A stretch of 58,843 bases of DNA from an uncultured Candidatus Saccharibacteria bacterium (GCA_964557535.1 CAZLAD010000001.1:124482-183324); one strand, 5' to 3'. Counted from the first letter of the stretch, positions 18,436-27,762 are shown. The notes: generated by a model not told the origin, from the letters alone. Made by a program: numbers and translations.

Positions 18436-20139
18436 TTACTTTTTTGGACGAATAATGTGGATTTTGAAATCTTCAAGCGTTGCGCCGACTTTTTTCTTTG
18501 GATTAAACATTTTGTGTGGATCGGCAATTTCCTTGAATTCTCGGAAAACGCCGGCAATTTTCGCGCCGAACATTGTCTCGACAAAAGGCGTACGCACGAG
18601 ACCGTCATTGTGTTCAGCTGTCATCGAACCGCCGTACTTACGAACGATTGGATAAATTTTTCCAGAGATTTCGACGATTAGCTCGCGCGTTTTCGGATTG
18701 TTGAAATCCATAAGCGGGATGACGTGCAAATTTCCATTACCCAAATGCCCAGCAATCGTGTAGAGGATGCCGTGTTCGTCGAGGACGGCCGTGAGTTCCG
18801 GCCAATAATCCGGTAATTTTTCAATCGGTATAACAATGTCGTCGATGAATGGCGCTGTTCGAAGTCCGCGAGAATGATCGGAGAGAAGTTTAAAACTATC
18901 TCGACGAATGGCGAAATATTTGTCGCGCTCTTCAGGCGTTTTGGTGATACGAGTTTTCAAATGGAATCTGGCAATTTTGTCCTGTGCAACCCTAGCCTCG
19001 CGAGCGATTCCTGAGGCGTCGTTTGAAACAAATTCGGCGAGGATGATGATTTTCGGCATGCCACCAGTAAGCACCATCAGAAATTCTGGTAAAAATTGCC
19101 ATGCGTATCGGATCGAACCCCAAATTCCTTTTTCTTTCAAGAAACTTCCGAAAAATTTCACCGCAAATTTCAGCGTGTGGTCGTCATAAATTTCCAAAGT
19201 CTCGACGTCGTTTTCGAGAAGCGCTTTGGTTAGACTTGGAATCGTCTTGAGATCTTTTAGAAATACCACGAGAAGCGTCGAATCTGTTTCTTTCTCAACA
19301 AGTTTGTACGTTATTTCGGTGATAATGCCCGTCGTTCCCTGGGCGCCAACAAAAAGTGGAATCGGATTGAAAATTTCATTGCCGACATCCCATACATCCC
19401 AGAGCATGTAGCCAGAGGAATTTTTGGTCGTCTTTGGTTTGGCCGTACGAAGTTCGTCTTGGTTTCGCTTAATAAGCTCCCAGGTTTTTTGATAAATCTT
19501 TGCCAAACGATTAGTTTCCAAAATCTTCGCTTCGAGTTCGGCACGATTTATTGGCTTTATTTCATATTCTTCGCCGTCGTCCAAAACAACTTTGAGAAAT
19601 TTCACAAAATCTTTGTTCTGGCCGTATTTGAGCGTTTTCTCCCCCGCGCCGTTGTTCGCGACCATGCCACCAATAGTCGCCCATTCGCGCGATGCCGGAT
19701 AACAAGGCATGATCAGATTTTGCTTCAGAGTTTCTTTCTCAAAATCTCGATAAAATGTCCCCGGCAAAGCTGTCGCCGTGCCAGCAATTTCAAAATCATG
19801 TCCGGTCGGAGACTTTTGTTTACCCATTTTCTCACGTCTCACTTCCAACGTCCCATTCATGTAGCGCGACATATCCATAATGATCGAATCATTCAAAGGT
19901 CCGCCGGTCATGTCGGTTCCTGCGCCACGAGCCGTAATGGAAAGATAGATGAAGCCCTCTTGTTCGCGTTTTTTGTTTACAAATTTGATTAGATTTTTTA
20001 CATCCTCGACATTTTTTGGGAAAACAACGAGTTCGGGCTTCACAGAAAAAATACTATAGTCGGTACTATATTTTTTCAAAGTTTCCGAGGAATCTTCGAC
20101 ATCGCCACGGAAAAAAGTTTTGATTTCTTGTTTAAGCAT
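18436..20139 (-). CDS. FAD-binding oxidoreductase (GlcD/D-lactate dehydrogenase-like)
   Basis: FAD_binding_4-type N-domain (ITARGAGTDMTGG) and FAD-oxidase C-domain (GGSMTAEHNDGLVR). An alternative GTG start lies at 20145. Confidence 0.85.
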   Translation of the reverse strand: MLKQEIKTFFRGDVEDSSETLKKYSTDYSIFSVKPELVVFPKNVEDVKNLIKFVNKKREQEGFIYLSITARGAGTDMTGGPLNDSIIMDMSRYMNGTLEVRREKMGKQKSPTGHDFEIAGTATALPGTFYRDFEKETLKQNLIMPCYPASREWATIGGMVANNGAGEKTLKYGQNKDFVKFLKVVLDDGEEYEIKPINRAELEAKILETNRLAKIYQKTWELIKRNQDELRTAKPKTTKNSSGYMLWDVWDVGNEIFNPIPLFVGAQGTTGIITEITYKLVEKETDSTLLVVFLKDLKTIPSLTKALLENDVETLEIYDDHTLKFAVKFFGSFLKEKGIWGSIRYAWQFLPEFLMVLTGGMPKIIILAEFVSNDASGIAREARVAQDKIARFHLKTRITKTPEERDKYFAIRRDSFKLLSDHSRGLRTAPFIDDIVIPIEKLPDYWPELTAVLDEHGILYTIAGHLGNGNLHVIPLMDFNNPKTRELIVEISGKIYPIVRKYGGSMTAEHNDGLVRTPFVETMFGAKIAGVFREFKEIADPHKMFNPKKKVGATLEDFKIHIIRPKK

Positions 20140-20395
20140 TATCACTTAAAACTAAATTTCTGACTTCTTCTTGTATTCTTTTCCTATCTTCTTTTGCGGC
20201 AAGAGACCATTCTTGTCGCAATCTTTCCAATATCGTATTTTTAGTTAACTCACTAATAGGAAAAGAAATTTCTCCAGACAAAAGACTATCGACAATACTA
20301 TTTGGAACTTCTTTAGAATTATTTTTTAAATCTTTTTTATCAGTAAAATGTTCGATCCTCAAACTTGATTTTTTGTTTGGTCCTTTTTCTTCCAT
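20132..20395 (-). CDS. hypothetical protein
   Basis: 87-aa ORF from the ATG at 20395, overlapping the FAD oxidase start. No family recognised. Confidence 0.45.
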   Translation of the reverse strand: MEEKGPNKKSSLRIEHFTDKKDLKNNSKEVPNSIVDSLLSGEISFPISELTKNTILERLRQEWSLAAKEDRKRIQEEVRNLVLSDNA

Positions 20396-20426
20396 GACTC
20401 TAGTATAGCAAATATCAAAAAGCAAA

Positions 20427-20449
20427 AGGGCCAGCGCGTGGCTGGCCCT
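20427..20449 (-). terminator. intrinsic terminator of the DksA-like gene
   Basis: agggccagc-gcgtg-gctggccct, a 9-bp stem. The minus strand continues tttgctttttga. Confidence 0.65.
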
Positions 20450-20471
20450 TCGAGCGCGTGAGTTGGAAAAC

Positions 20472-21098
20472 CTAAGCCCCCTGTTCTACCTTGGCCTCCA
20501 CGGACAAGGTAGCATGTGGCACGAGCCGCAAACGTTCCTTGCTGATGAGACGGCCTGTGACACGGCAAATGCCGTAGGTCTTGTTGCGAATGCGTAACAA
20601 CGCGTCTTCCAGATGTTTGATGAACTTCTCCTGGCGACTCGCTAATTGGGAGTTCTCTTCGCGACTCAAGGTTTCTTGCCCATCCTCCACGGTCAGAAAT
20701 CCTCTGTGCGGGTCTCTTTCGCCTTCGGCGAGGGCTCGAAGCAACAACTGGTGGTCTTCGCGGGCTTCATCCAGTTTCTTGTTGATGATCCCCCTGAACT
20801 CCTCGAGCTCCTCATCTGTATACCGGAGCTTGTCAGCGGATTCCAAAGTGCTCACCTTCTTTGCGACGGGTAGTAATAACGCCCTTGGATGCCTTGGCTC
20901 CCTGCCGACGTATGTAACACCCGACAATGGTGAGGCCAGGATAACCACCTCCTTTCCTTTTGTTTTCGATCCTTTGTTGGGTTTACCGCCCAAAAGAGGT
21001 CCGTGACCAGTCGGATCTACAGGTAGTCCTATCTGTGCTTCTCCGAGCATTCCGCTGAAATTCGTAGTTCCTTTCCTCAAGGTTGCTTTCTTGCCCAT
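20472..21098 (-). CDS. TraR/DksA-family protein (single-Cys variant) with ~90-aa N-terminal extension
   Basis: Coiled-coil region plus the C-terminus RNKTYGICRVTGRLISKERLRLVPHATLSVEAK. As I recall, this is the one-Cys DksA/TraR C-terminus common in Bacteroidota. Composition is GC-richer than the neighbouring genes. Confidence 0.65.
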   Translation of the reverse strand: MGKKATLRKGTTNFSGMLGEAQIGLPVDPTGHGPLLGGKPNKGSKTKGKEVVILASPLSGVTYVGREPRHPRALLLPVAKKVSTLESADKLRYTDEELEEFRGIINKKLDEAREDHQLLLRALAEGERDPHRGFLTVEDGQETLSREENSQLASRQEKFIKHLEDALLRIRNKTYGICRVTGRLISKERLRLVPHATLSVEAKVEQGA

Positions 21099-21279
21099 GG
21101 TGGTGGGGTTTTTTGGTTTGGTTTTTCAACTTCTGTGTAAAGAACGAATTTTTAGTTTACGCCAATATTTTATCGATGTCAATGTTTTCCCTTACAAGCC
21201 AAGACTTGTCGTGCGAGCCCCGCGTATTCTCGCTCATCCGTATATTTCCGTCGCTCGAAAACGATGCAAAGTTATTGCC

Positions 21280-21308
21280 TTGCACACATCCTCACTAGGA
21301 AATATAAT
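21280..21308 (+). promoter_or_regulatory. pfkB-kinase promoter (TTGCAC-17 nt-TATAAT), leaderless geometry
   Basis: TTGCAC 21280-21285, 17-nt spacer, TATAAT 21303-21308; the ATG at 21315 lies 6 nt downstream. Confidence 0.6.
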
Positions 21309-21314
21309 TAAACC

Positions 21315-22334
21315 ATGAAAAAACTAGACTTTTTGGCTATTGGCGATATTACAATTGATGCTTTTATCGAGCTTCAAGACGCGAAAGTTCATTGCGATAT
21401 TGATACTTCGAATTGCACCATTAGTATGAAATTTGCCGACAAGATTCCCTACAAAGACGTCACGGTCGTAAACGCTGTCGGTAATAGTCCGAATGCCGCG
21501 ACTTCTGCGGCGCGACTTGGGCTTTCTTCTGGACTCGTGGCGAGTGTTGGAAACGACCAAAACGGCCAAGATTGTCTCGAGACTTTGAAATCAAACAACG
21601 TCGATACTTCCCTTGTTCAAGTAGAAGACGGCGTAAAGACAAATTATCATTACGTTTTAAAATACGGCGCCGATCGAACCATCCTCATCAAACACGAACC
21701 TTTTACTTATAATTTTGAAAAAGCGGTAAAAGATTCTAACGTACCGGCTTGGATCTACTTGTCGTCGGTGTCAGAACAAACCGAAAAATATCACGAGCAA
21801 ATCGCCGATTATCTCGAGGCCAATCCCGAAATCAAAGTAACTTTCCAACCAGGAACTTTTCAAATGAAGATGGGCACGGAAAAATTGGCGAGACTTTATA
21901 AGCGAACGGAGATTTTCGTCTGCAACGTTGAGGAGGCCGAGCGCATCTTGGGGGTCCAACCCCCAAGTGAAGACATGACCTCTAAAATCAAAAATTTAAT
22001 GTCTGAAATTCACAAGCTCGGTCCAAAAATCGTTTGTATAACCGATGGGCCAAAAGGAGCTTACGCATCAAACGGCGAGAAAAATTATTTCATGCCGATT
22101 TACCCAGATCCGAAAGAACCGATTTCTCGAACCGGCGCTGGCGATGCTTTTGCTTCGACATTTACAAGTGCGATGGCGCTTGGAAAGTCTGTAGAAGAAG
22201 CGCTGACTTGGGCGCCAATAAATTCCATGAGCGTAGTACAATACGTAGGAGCACAGACAGGACTTTTGACCCGCGAGAAATTGGAGGAGTATTTAAAAAA
22301 CGCGCCGGAAGATTATAAGCCTAATAAAATTTAA
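21315..22334 (+). CDS. PfkB-family carbohydrate kinase
   Basis: Ribokinase-fold signatures, including the C-terminal TGAGDAFASTF anion hole. Confidence 0.85.
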   Translation: MKKLDFLAIGDITIDAFIELQDAKVHCDIDTSNCTISMKFADKIPYKDVTVVNAVGNSPNAATSAARLGLSSGLVASVGNDQNGQDCLETLKSNNVDTSLVQVEDGVKTNYHYVLKYGADRTILIKHEPFTYNFEKAVKDSNVPAWIYLSSVSEQTEKYHEQIADYLEANPEIKVTFQPGTFQMKMGTEKLARLYKRTEIFVCNVEEAERILGVQPPSEDMTSKIKNLMSEIHKLGPKIVCITDGPKGAYASNGEKNYFMPIYPDPKEPISRTGAGDAFASTFTSAMALGKSVEEALTWAPINSMSVVQYVGAQTGLLTREKLEEYLKNAPEDYKPNKI

Positions 22335-22335
22335 T

Positions 22336-22569
22336 ATGAATCCAGAAATAGTACCAAACACAGAAAAGCAAATTCGTGAAAGCTCGACTGAGAGTGATCT
22401 GACAACAAAAATTGCAGACATAAAGCTTATGTATCAGCAAATAGAAGCTTATAGAAAAGCGATAGAGAATCGCTCCAATGTCGTATCTGAGGCCAATGAC
22501 CTAAAAAATGAAACCGATTTGAAAATGATATCAGATTTAGAGCGACAAATAGCAGAATTACAAAATTAA
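22336..22569 (+). CDS. hypothetical small coiled-coil protein
   Basis: 77 aa, starting 1 nt after the kinase stop. No family recognised. Confidence 0.45.
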   Translation: MNPEIVPNTEKQIRESSTESDLTTKIADIKLMYQQIEAYRKAIENRSNVVSEANDLKNETDLKMISDLERQIAELQN

Positions 22570-22580
22570 GAACTTAATTT

Positions 22581-22844
22581 ATGGAAAAAGGGGAATACAT
22601 AAAAAGAATTGAAGGTAAAAAAGAACACGCAACAGTATTTCAGGAATTTACAAAAGAACAACTTTACTCGGAAATCGAAAAGACAAAAAGAGTTCTTTCC
22701 GAATTGCTAAATCCCGATAATAAATCTGAGATGAATTTTAAACATGACACACTCGATACTGAATCCGGTGTAAATACTGAAGTGTATATGAAAAAACTCA
22801 AAGAACTAGAACAAGAACGTGACCGAAGAACACTCCTTAACTAA
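22581..22844 (+). CDS. hypothetical small coiled-coil protein
   Basis: 87 aa, K/E-rich. No family recognised. Confidence 0.45.
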   Translation: MEKGEYIKRIEGKKEHATVFQEFTKEQLYSEIEKTKRVLSELLNPDNKSEMNFKHDTLDTESGVNTEVYMKKLKELEQERDRRTLLN

Positions 22845-23839
22845 CGCCTCTTTATCACCTTTTTCACCGCGAGTTTGATATGACTAACGTCCATTCCGTA
22901 ATGGGCCAATAGTTCGTTTGGTTCGCCTGATTGACCGAACTCATCATGGACGCCGATAAATTCCTGAAAACATGGTTTGGTCTGTGACAGAGCTTCCGCG
23001 ACCGCGCTTCCCATTCCCCCAGCGATCTGGTGCTCCTCCACAGTCACGACTCGGCCGATAGAGGCGATGTATTCGATCATTTTCATATCGAGCGGTTTGA
23101 TCGTGGCCAAGTTTACGACGACTGTCTGAATTCCTTCATCTGCCAATTCTTTGGCGGCCACAAGCGCGTTGTGAGTGAGCGCGCCGGTTGAAACGATAGC
23201 GACGACTGGATCTTTAGACTTCCACATGATTTCAGCCTTTCCTATCTCAAAAGGTGTGTTTTTGGTCGTAATGACGGGAGTTTTCTCGCGGCCAAGGCGA
23301 ATATAGACCGGGCCACCCAGTTTGGCGGCGGCTAGAGTTGCCTTGCGAGCTTCTTCACTATCACAAGGATTGATCACCGTCATGTTTGGAAGCATGCGCA
23401 TGAGGCCAATGTCCTCGAGGGCTTGGTGTGTCGCACCGTCTGGGCCGACCGAGACGCCGGCATGACAACCGACGATTTTTACTGGCATATTGTTTATGCA
23501 GATCGTCGTGCGGATCTGTTCGTTATTTCGTCCAGGAGAAAATGAGGCGTAAGACATGATAAACGGAATCTTGCCGTAGTTTGCCATACCACTCGCAACT
23601 GTGGCGAGGTTTTGCTCAGCCACGCCAACCTCCACATATCTTTTCGGAAACTTTTCTTGGAACCAATGCGCGCGAGTAGACTCGGCGAGATCTGCACACA
23701 CTGCCACAACTCGCTCGTCTCCGTCAGCCGACGGATCACCAGCCTCCACCAAACCATGACCAAAACCATCCCTTGTCGGAATTTTCTCAACGTCCTTTGA
23801 AAATAGTTTATCGTTTAGTTTTTGGTTGGCGTTTAACAT
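22841..23839 (-). CDS. transketolase, C-terminal (pyrimidine-binding) subunit
   Basis: FGHGLVEAG...VGVAEQNLATVASGMA...GATHQALEDIGLMR: split-transketolase B-subunit motifs. Confidence 0.93.
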   Translation of the reverse strand: MLNANQKLNDKLFSKDVEKIPTRDGFGHGLVEAGDPSADGDERVVAVCADLAESTRAHWFQEKFPKRYVEVGVAEQNLATVASGMANYGKIPFIMSYASFSPGRNNEQIRTTICINNMPVKIVGCHAGVSVGPDGATHQALEDIGLMRMLPNMTVINPCDSEEARKATLAAAKLGGPVYIRLGREKTPVITTKNTPFEIGKAEIMWKSKDPVVAIVSTGALTHNALVAAKELADEGIQTVVVNLATIKPLDMKMIEYIASIGRVVTVEEHQIAGGMGSAVAEALSQTKPCFQEFIGVHDEFGQSGEPNELLAHYGMDVSHIKLAVKKVIKRR

Positions 23840-23840
23840 A

Positions 23841-24137
23841 CTATTCTAGATTTAGGATTACAATAATTGCTACAGCAATAATTATAAAAAGGAGTTTTGA
23901 TTTCCATCTTTGCCATAACTTACTGTGAATTTCCTGGTCCTTTAATCCTTTTCCTCCCAAAATGGCAAGAAACAATCCAAAAGGACCACCAGTAAACAAC
24001 ATAATGAATGGAAAATCTGATGTGGTGTTAAATATCTCGGAACCAGAAACCAGTGCCCAAAAAAGCCTAATTCCATTTGCAATAAGTGCAATTCCGGCGA
24101 GTAGTATCAGAATGTAGATTGATTTATTAGTTTTCAT
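23841..24137 (-). CDS. small membrane protein (3 TM) between the two transketolase subunits
   Basis: The ATG at 24137 lies 1 nt after the tkt-N stop (TAATATG). Its own stop lies 1 nt before the tkt-C ATG (TAGTATG). Hydrophobic. Confidence 0.6.
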   Translation of the reverse strand: MKTNKSIYILILLAGIALIANGIRLFWALVSGSEIFNTTSDFPFIMLFTGGPFGLFLAILGGKGLKDQEIHSKLWQRWKSKLLFIIIAVAIIVILNLE

Positions 24138-24138
24138 A

Positions 24139-25002
24139 TTATTCACTATGTCCTCCCTCAATCTTCCCCTTCATCGTCCGCAATTCTTTCAGCCATTTTT
24201 GTTCCTGCTCCTTGTTTGGCGGAGTGCCATGCCATTTGTAATCGTATTCTATCTCTTTGATACCTTTGCCAGCAATCGTGTGGGCGATGATGACGGTCGG
24301 TTTCTCAACAATCGCTTTCGCTTGCTCCACCGCATCAACAATTTGCTCCATATTGTGTCCGTCAATTTCCAAAACGTGCCAATTAAAAGCCCGCCATTTA
24401 TCAGCCAAAGGCTCAAGCGGCATGACGCTTTCGGTGTTGCCGTTTATTTGGATATTGTTTCTGTCTATCACAACCGTCAGATTCGAGAGCTTGTTCGCGC
24501 CGGCAAACATGATTCCTTCCCAACTATTACCTGCATCTAGTTCACCGTCAGAGATGAAGCAATACGTGCGGAATTTCTTGCCATCCATTCGCGCCGCATA
24601 TGCATAGCCGGCAGATTGCGAGATACCAGACCCAAGCGGTCCGGAAGTATTTTCAAGCCCCGGCAATTTCTCGCGTTCCGGATGACCCTGAAGCCTAGAG
24701 CCAAATTTGCGAAGCGTCGAAAGTTCTTTGAGCGGGAAATATCCTGCATGAGCCATGGTGGCGTATCTGACAGGCACGATGTGACCGTTAGAAAGAAAGA
24801 GTCTGTCGCGCTCGGCCCAATCAGGCTTCTTCGGGTCGTGGTTCAAAATATGAAAATAAAACGCCGTGAAAACGTCCGTCATATCAAGCGGGCCCGCCGT
24901 GTGTCCCGATCCAGCGTCCTCAAGCATGTCGATGATACTTTGGCGAATTTCATTGGCCTTGATCAACAACTTTTTTTCTTTTAAAGGGTTTAGGTTAGAC
25001 AT
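24139..25002 (-). CDS. transketolase, N-terminal (TPP-binding) subunit
   Basis: GSGHTAGPLDM...SNGH...CFISDGELDAGNSWEG motifs. Confidence 0.93.
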   Translation of the reverse strand: MSNLNPLKEKKLLIKANEIRQSIIDMLEDAGSGHTAGPLDMTDVFTAFYFHILNHDPKKPDWAERDRLFLSNGHIVPVRYATMAHAGYFPLKELSTLRKFGSRLQGHPEREKLPGLENTSGPLGSGISQSAGYAYAARMDGKKFRTYCFISDGELDAGNSWEGIMFAGANKLSNLTVVIDRNNIQINGNTESVMPLEPLADKWRAFNWHVLEIDGHNMEQIVDAVEQAKAIVEKPTVIIAHTIAGKGIKEIEYDYKWHGTPPNKEQEQKWLKELRTMKGKIEGGHSE

Positions 25003-25003
25003 A

Positions 25004-25219
25004 TTATTTCTTTTTTCTACTCAAAACATAAACTAGACAAAGAATTAAAGCGGCCCCGACAAACAATAATGTATACCCCAGTACCGCGGATTCACAAAAT
25101 GAATTAGTGTCACAGTTCTTAATGTTTCGATTGAAATAAATATATCCGGTGATGCCAAAGAACAAAGCGATGACCAGTAAGACGAAATTAGGTATTTTTA
25201 TTTTTCTTAATTTATCCAT
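25004..25219 (-). CDS. small membrane protein (2 TM)
   Basis: 71 aa. Overlaps the rpe stop by 8 nt and ends 1 nt before the tkt-N ATG (TAATATG). Confidence 0.55.
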   Translation of the reverse strand: MDKLRKIKIPNFVLLVIALFFGITGYIYFNRNIKNCDTNSFCESAVLGYTLLFVGAALILCLVYVLSRKKK

Positions 25220-25889
25220 CTGAAATTCTTTTTAAGTCCTGTATCGCGACTTCTGGAGCGTTGGCGCCGAAGATTGTCGAGCCAGAGACGAGGCGTGTTG
25301 CACCAGCGTCCGTAAGTTCGCGTACGGTTTCGAGATTTACTCCCCCATCAACACTAATTATAGCATCGGGTTTCATTTCACGAACGTGTCGCGCCTGATC
25401 GAGAACGCGTGGATCAAAAGGCTGTCCCTGGAAACCAATATTTTCAATTCCCATGAGCTGGACGAAACTGGCTTTGGCAATTATATCCGCCCAATCGACC
25501 AGATTATCTGTCGTTAGAAATGCAATTCCCCACTCGACTCCCAATCTTTCAATTTCCTCCAAGAAGATTTCTTTATTATCAATTGAGTTCGCATGAATGA
25601 TGATCCGACTCGCGCCAAGCTTCACGTATTTTTTCAAATCCATCTCCGGCGCGCGAACCATGAGATCAAATTCGTATTTTACCTTTTCGGAAAATGGCAA
25701 TCGGATTTCCATTTCCATAAGTTCACGAACACTTTGCTTGTCCTTATCAAAAAACGGCCATGTTTTGGCTTCAACAAATTCTCCATCCATGAGATCAAGT
25801 TGTACACAATCAACAAAATCTTTCACACGCTCTACGTGTTCAGTAATATCTGCAAAACTCTTCGGCATAATTGCCGGGATGATTTCCAT
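25212..25889 (-). CDS. rpe: ribulose-phosphate 3-epimerase-like protein
   Basis: IIPAIMPKSF...VQLDLMDGEFV...IISVDGGVN...LVSGSTIF follows the RPE TIM-barrel pattern, though it is divergent. Confidence 0.75.
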   Translation of the reverse strand: MEIIPAIMPKSFADITEHVERVKDFVDCVQLDLMDGEFVEAKTWPFFDKDKQSVRELMEMEIRLPFSEKVKYEFDLMVRAPEMDLKKYVKLGASRIIIHANSIDNKEIFLEEIERLGVEWGIAFLTTDNLVDWADIIAKASFVQLMGIENIGFQGQPFDPRVLDQARHVREMKPDAIISVDGGVNLETVRELTDAGATRLVSGSTIFGANAPEVAIQDLKRISDG

Positions 25890-25910
25890 GGATCCATTTT
25901 AGCATGGATC

Positions 25911-25939
25911 AGTACGTAGTACGTAGGAAGTAGTACGTA
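25911..25939. repeat. 29-nt GTA-word motif, copy 1 (left arm of an inverted pair)
   Basis: agtacgtagtacgtaggaagtagtacgta. Its 17 nt at 25923-25939 pair perfectly with 25964-25980. Confidence 0.7.
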
Positions 25940-25956
25940 ATGGTTTAGTCGTTTCC

Positions 25957-25985
25957 TACGCACTACGTACTACTTCCTACTTACT
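25957..25985. repeat. 29-nt GTA-word motif, inverted copy
   Basis: tacgcactacgtactacttcctacttact. Contains the exact reverse complement of gtaggaagtagtacgta. Confidence 0.7.
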
Positions 25986-25987
25986 CA

Positions 25988-26980
25988 TCACCGTCCTTGA
26001 TCAGCCAAACTATTGGACTCTAAACGATCCAAGAAAACGAGCTGGGCTTCTTTGAAATGTTCTGGATTGCCTCGCCAGGCCACCAATGCATCATTTTGGA
26101 GCGCTCTTGAATATGAAAAAGCGACTTGCCAAGGTAATGGCTCAAGCTTGGCAATTTCTCGCAAGTTATTCGTCGCCTCGTCCGGAGTTTGTCCACCAGA
26201 GAGGAATACTACGCCGGCTACATCTCGTGGTACGCAAGTTTTCAAAACCTCGGTCGTAAATTTGGCCACCGTTTTAGCATCGGCTCGTATCGGTGCTTTG
26301 TTGCCCGAGATAACCATGCTCGTTTTTAAAATCAAGCCTTTTTGATTGACGAAGTGTTTCGACAATTCTTCAAACAACACTTTTAAAACTTTTTCAGTTA
26401 CGGCTTTTGATTTTTCGATCGTGTGCTCGCCGTCAAGCAAAACTTCTGGTTCTACCATAGGTACGATTCCTTCGTCCTGGCAAATTTTTGCATAACGAGC
26501 CAAGATTTCGCAATTTTGTCTGATCGCAATATCTGTCGGAATTCCGGAACCGATTTTAAAAGCCGCGCGCCATTTAGCAAAAGAGGCGCCCATGTCTTTA
26601 TACTCCTGGAGTCGGCCAGGCAAGCCATCGAGACCCTGAGTTACCGTTTCTTCGGACGAACCGGGTAGTTCTACGAGTCCTTGATCGACCTTGATCCCAA
26701 CCAAAATCCCCTTTTTCTCCAAATATTTTGTAAACGGAATTCCTTTTTTGGTGGACTGGCGAATTGTCTCGTCAAAAAGAATTACGCCGGTAATAAAATG
26801 CTCCAGATCGGGTGTCGTCAAAAGCAATTCACGCCACGTTCGGCGCGCTTCTTCGGTCTCTGGAATTCCAAGCGCAGAAAATCTGGCGTTGCATGTATGC
26901 GTAGACTCATCCGCGGCGAGAATTCCCTTTTTCGGTTCGACAAGTCTGTTTGCGATTGTGTGAAGACGTTGAATATCCAT
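25988..26980 (-). CDS. fba: class I fructose-bisphosphate aldolase
   Basis: GILAADESTHTCNARF..., the Schiff-base Lys region and LSGGQ motifs of class I (eukaryote-type) FBA. Confidence 0.9.
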   Translation of the reverse strand: MDIQRLHTIANRLVEPKKGILAADESTHTCNARFSALGIPETEEARRTWRELLLTTPDLEHFITGVILFDETIRQSTKKGIPFTKYLEKKGILVGIKVDQGLVELPGSSEETVTQGLDGLPGRLQEYKDMGASFAKWRAAFKIGSGIPTDIAIRQNCEILARYAKICQDEGIVPMVEPEVLLDGEHTIEKSKAVTEKVLKVLFEELSKHFVNQKGLILKTSMVISGNKAPIRADAKTVAKFTTEVLKTCVPRDVAGVVFLSGGQTPDEATNNLREIAKLEPLPWQVAFSYSRALQNDALVAWRGNPEHFKEAQLVFLDRLESNSLADQGR

Positions 26981-27016
26981 AAAATTAGTTGTTAGTTATT
27001 AGTTTTTAGTTGTTAG

Positions 27017-27457
27017 CTAATTATCGAGCTTTAAAATTCGTCTCTTGTGGCGTTCGTCACCGGAAAATTTTGTCTCGAGGAACAAATCAACGGCATGTTT
27101 AGCCTCGGCTTCGGAAATAAATCGAGCGCCGAGCGAAAGAATATTTGCATCGTTGTGTTCGCGCGCGAGTTTGATGATTTCTTCTGGTCCGCCATAGTAC
27201 ACCGCGGCACGAACGCCAAAAAGTCTATTGGCTTCGATTGCTTCGCCCGTACCCGTTCCACCAAGCACGATTCCAAAATCAGCGTCGCCGTCAGTAATAG
27301 CTTCAGCCACCAAAGAAACAAAATCTGGATAATCGTCCGTGGCATCAAAATGATCTGGGCCTTTGTCGGTAACGACGTGCCCCATCAATTCCAAATGACT
27401 AACCAAGACTTTCTTTAGCTCGAAACCCGCATGATCTGATGCGATATAAATCTTCAT
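27017..27457 (-). CDS. rpiB: ribose-5-phosphate isomerase B
   Basis: MKIYIASDHAGFELKKVL...GTGTGEAIEANR motifs. Confidence 0.93.
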   Translation of the reverse strand: MKIYIASDHAGFELKKVLVSHLELMGHVVTDKGPDHFDATDDYPDFVSLVAEAITDGDADFGIVLGGTGTGEAIEANRLFGVRAAVYYGGPEEIIKLAREHNDANILSLGARFISEAEAKHAVDLFLETKFSGDERHKRRILKLDN

Positions 27458-27484
27458 GATGTAATTTTAACACATTTATCATAA

Positions 27485-27493
27485 TGGTATAAT
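27485..27493 (+). promoter_or_regulatory. extended -10 promoter (TGgTATAAT), leaderless geometry
   Basis: The ATG at 27501 lies 7 nt after the -10. Confidence 0.5.
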
Positions 27494-27500
27494 TATTAAT

Positions 27501-27761
27501 ATGGAAAAACCTAAAAAACCCGGGCAAAATATAGAGCATAATAAAGAACAAATCCGAAGGTTGATTGAAATACTTGCAGACAAAGAAGAAATGAGTCCCG
27601 ACCATATCGAGTCTGATATCATGACCTTTGCTGTAGTCGAAGGAAATGAAGACTTTGCAAATCCTGAATACTTCGAAGAGTTGGCCGAAAGATTAAAAAT
27701 TTCCCTAAAAGAAATATTGAACTATGCAGAACAAAGCTGGAAAGAAAACAATCAAGATTAG
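27501..27761 (+). CDS. hypothetical acidic protein
   Basis: 86-aa ORF with an extended -10 placed 7 nt upstream. No family recognised. Confidence 0.5.
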   Translation: MEKPKKPGQNIEHNKEQIRRLIEILADKEEMSPDHIESDIMTFAVVEGNEDFANPEYFEELAERLKISLKEILNYAEQSWKENNQD

Positions 27762-27762
27762 A

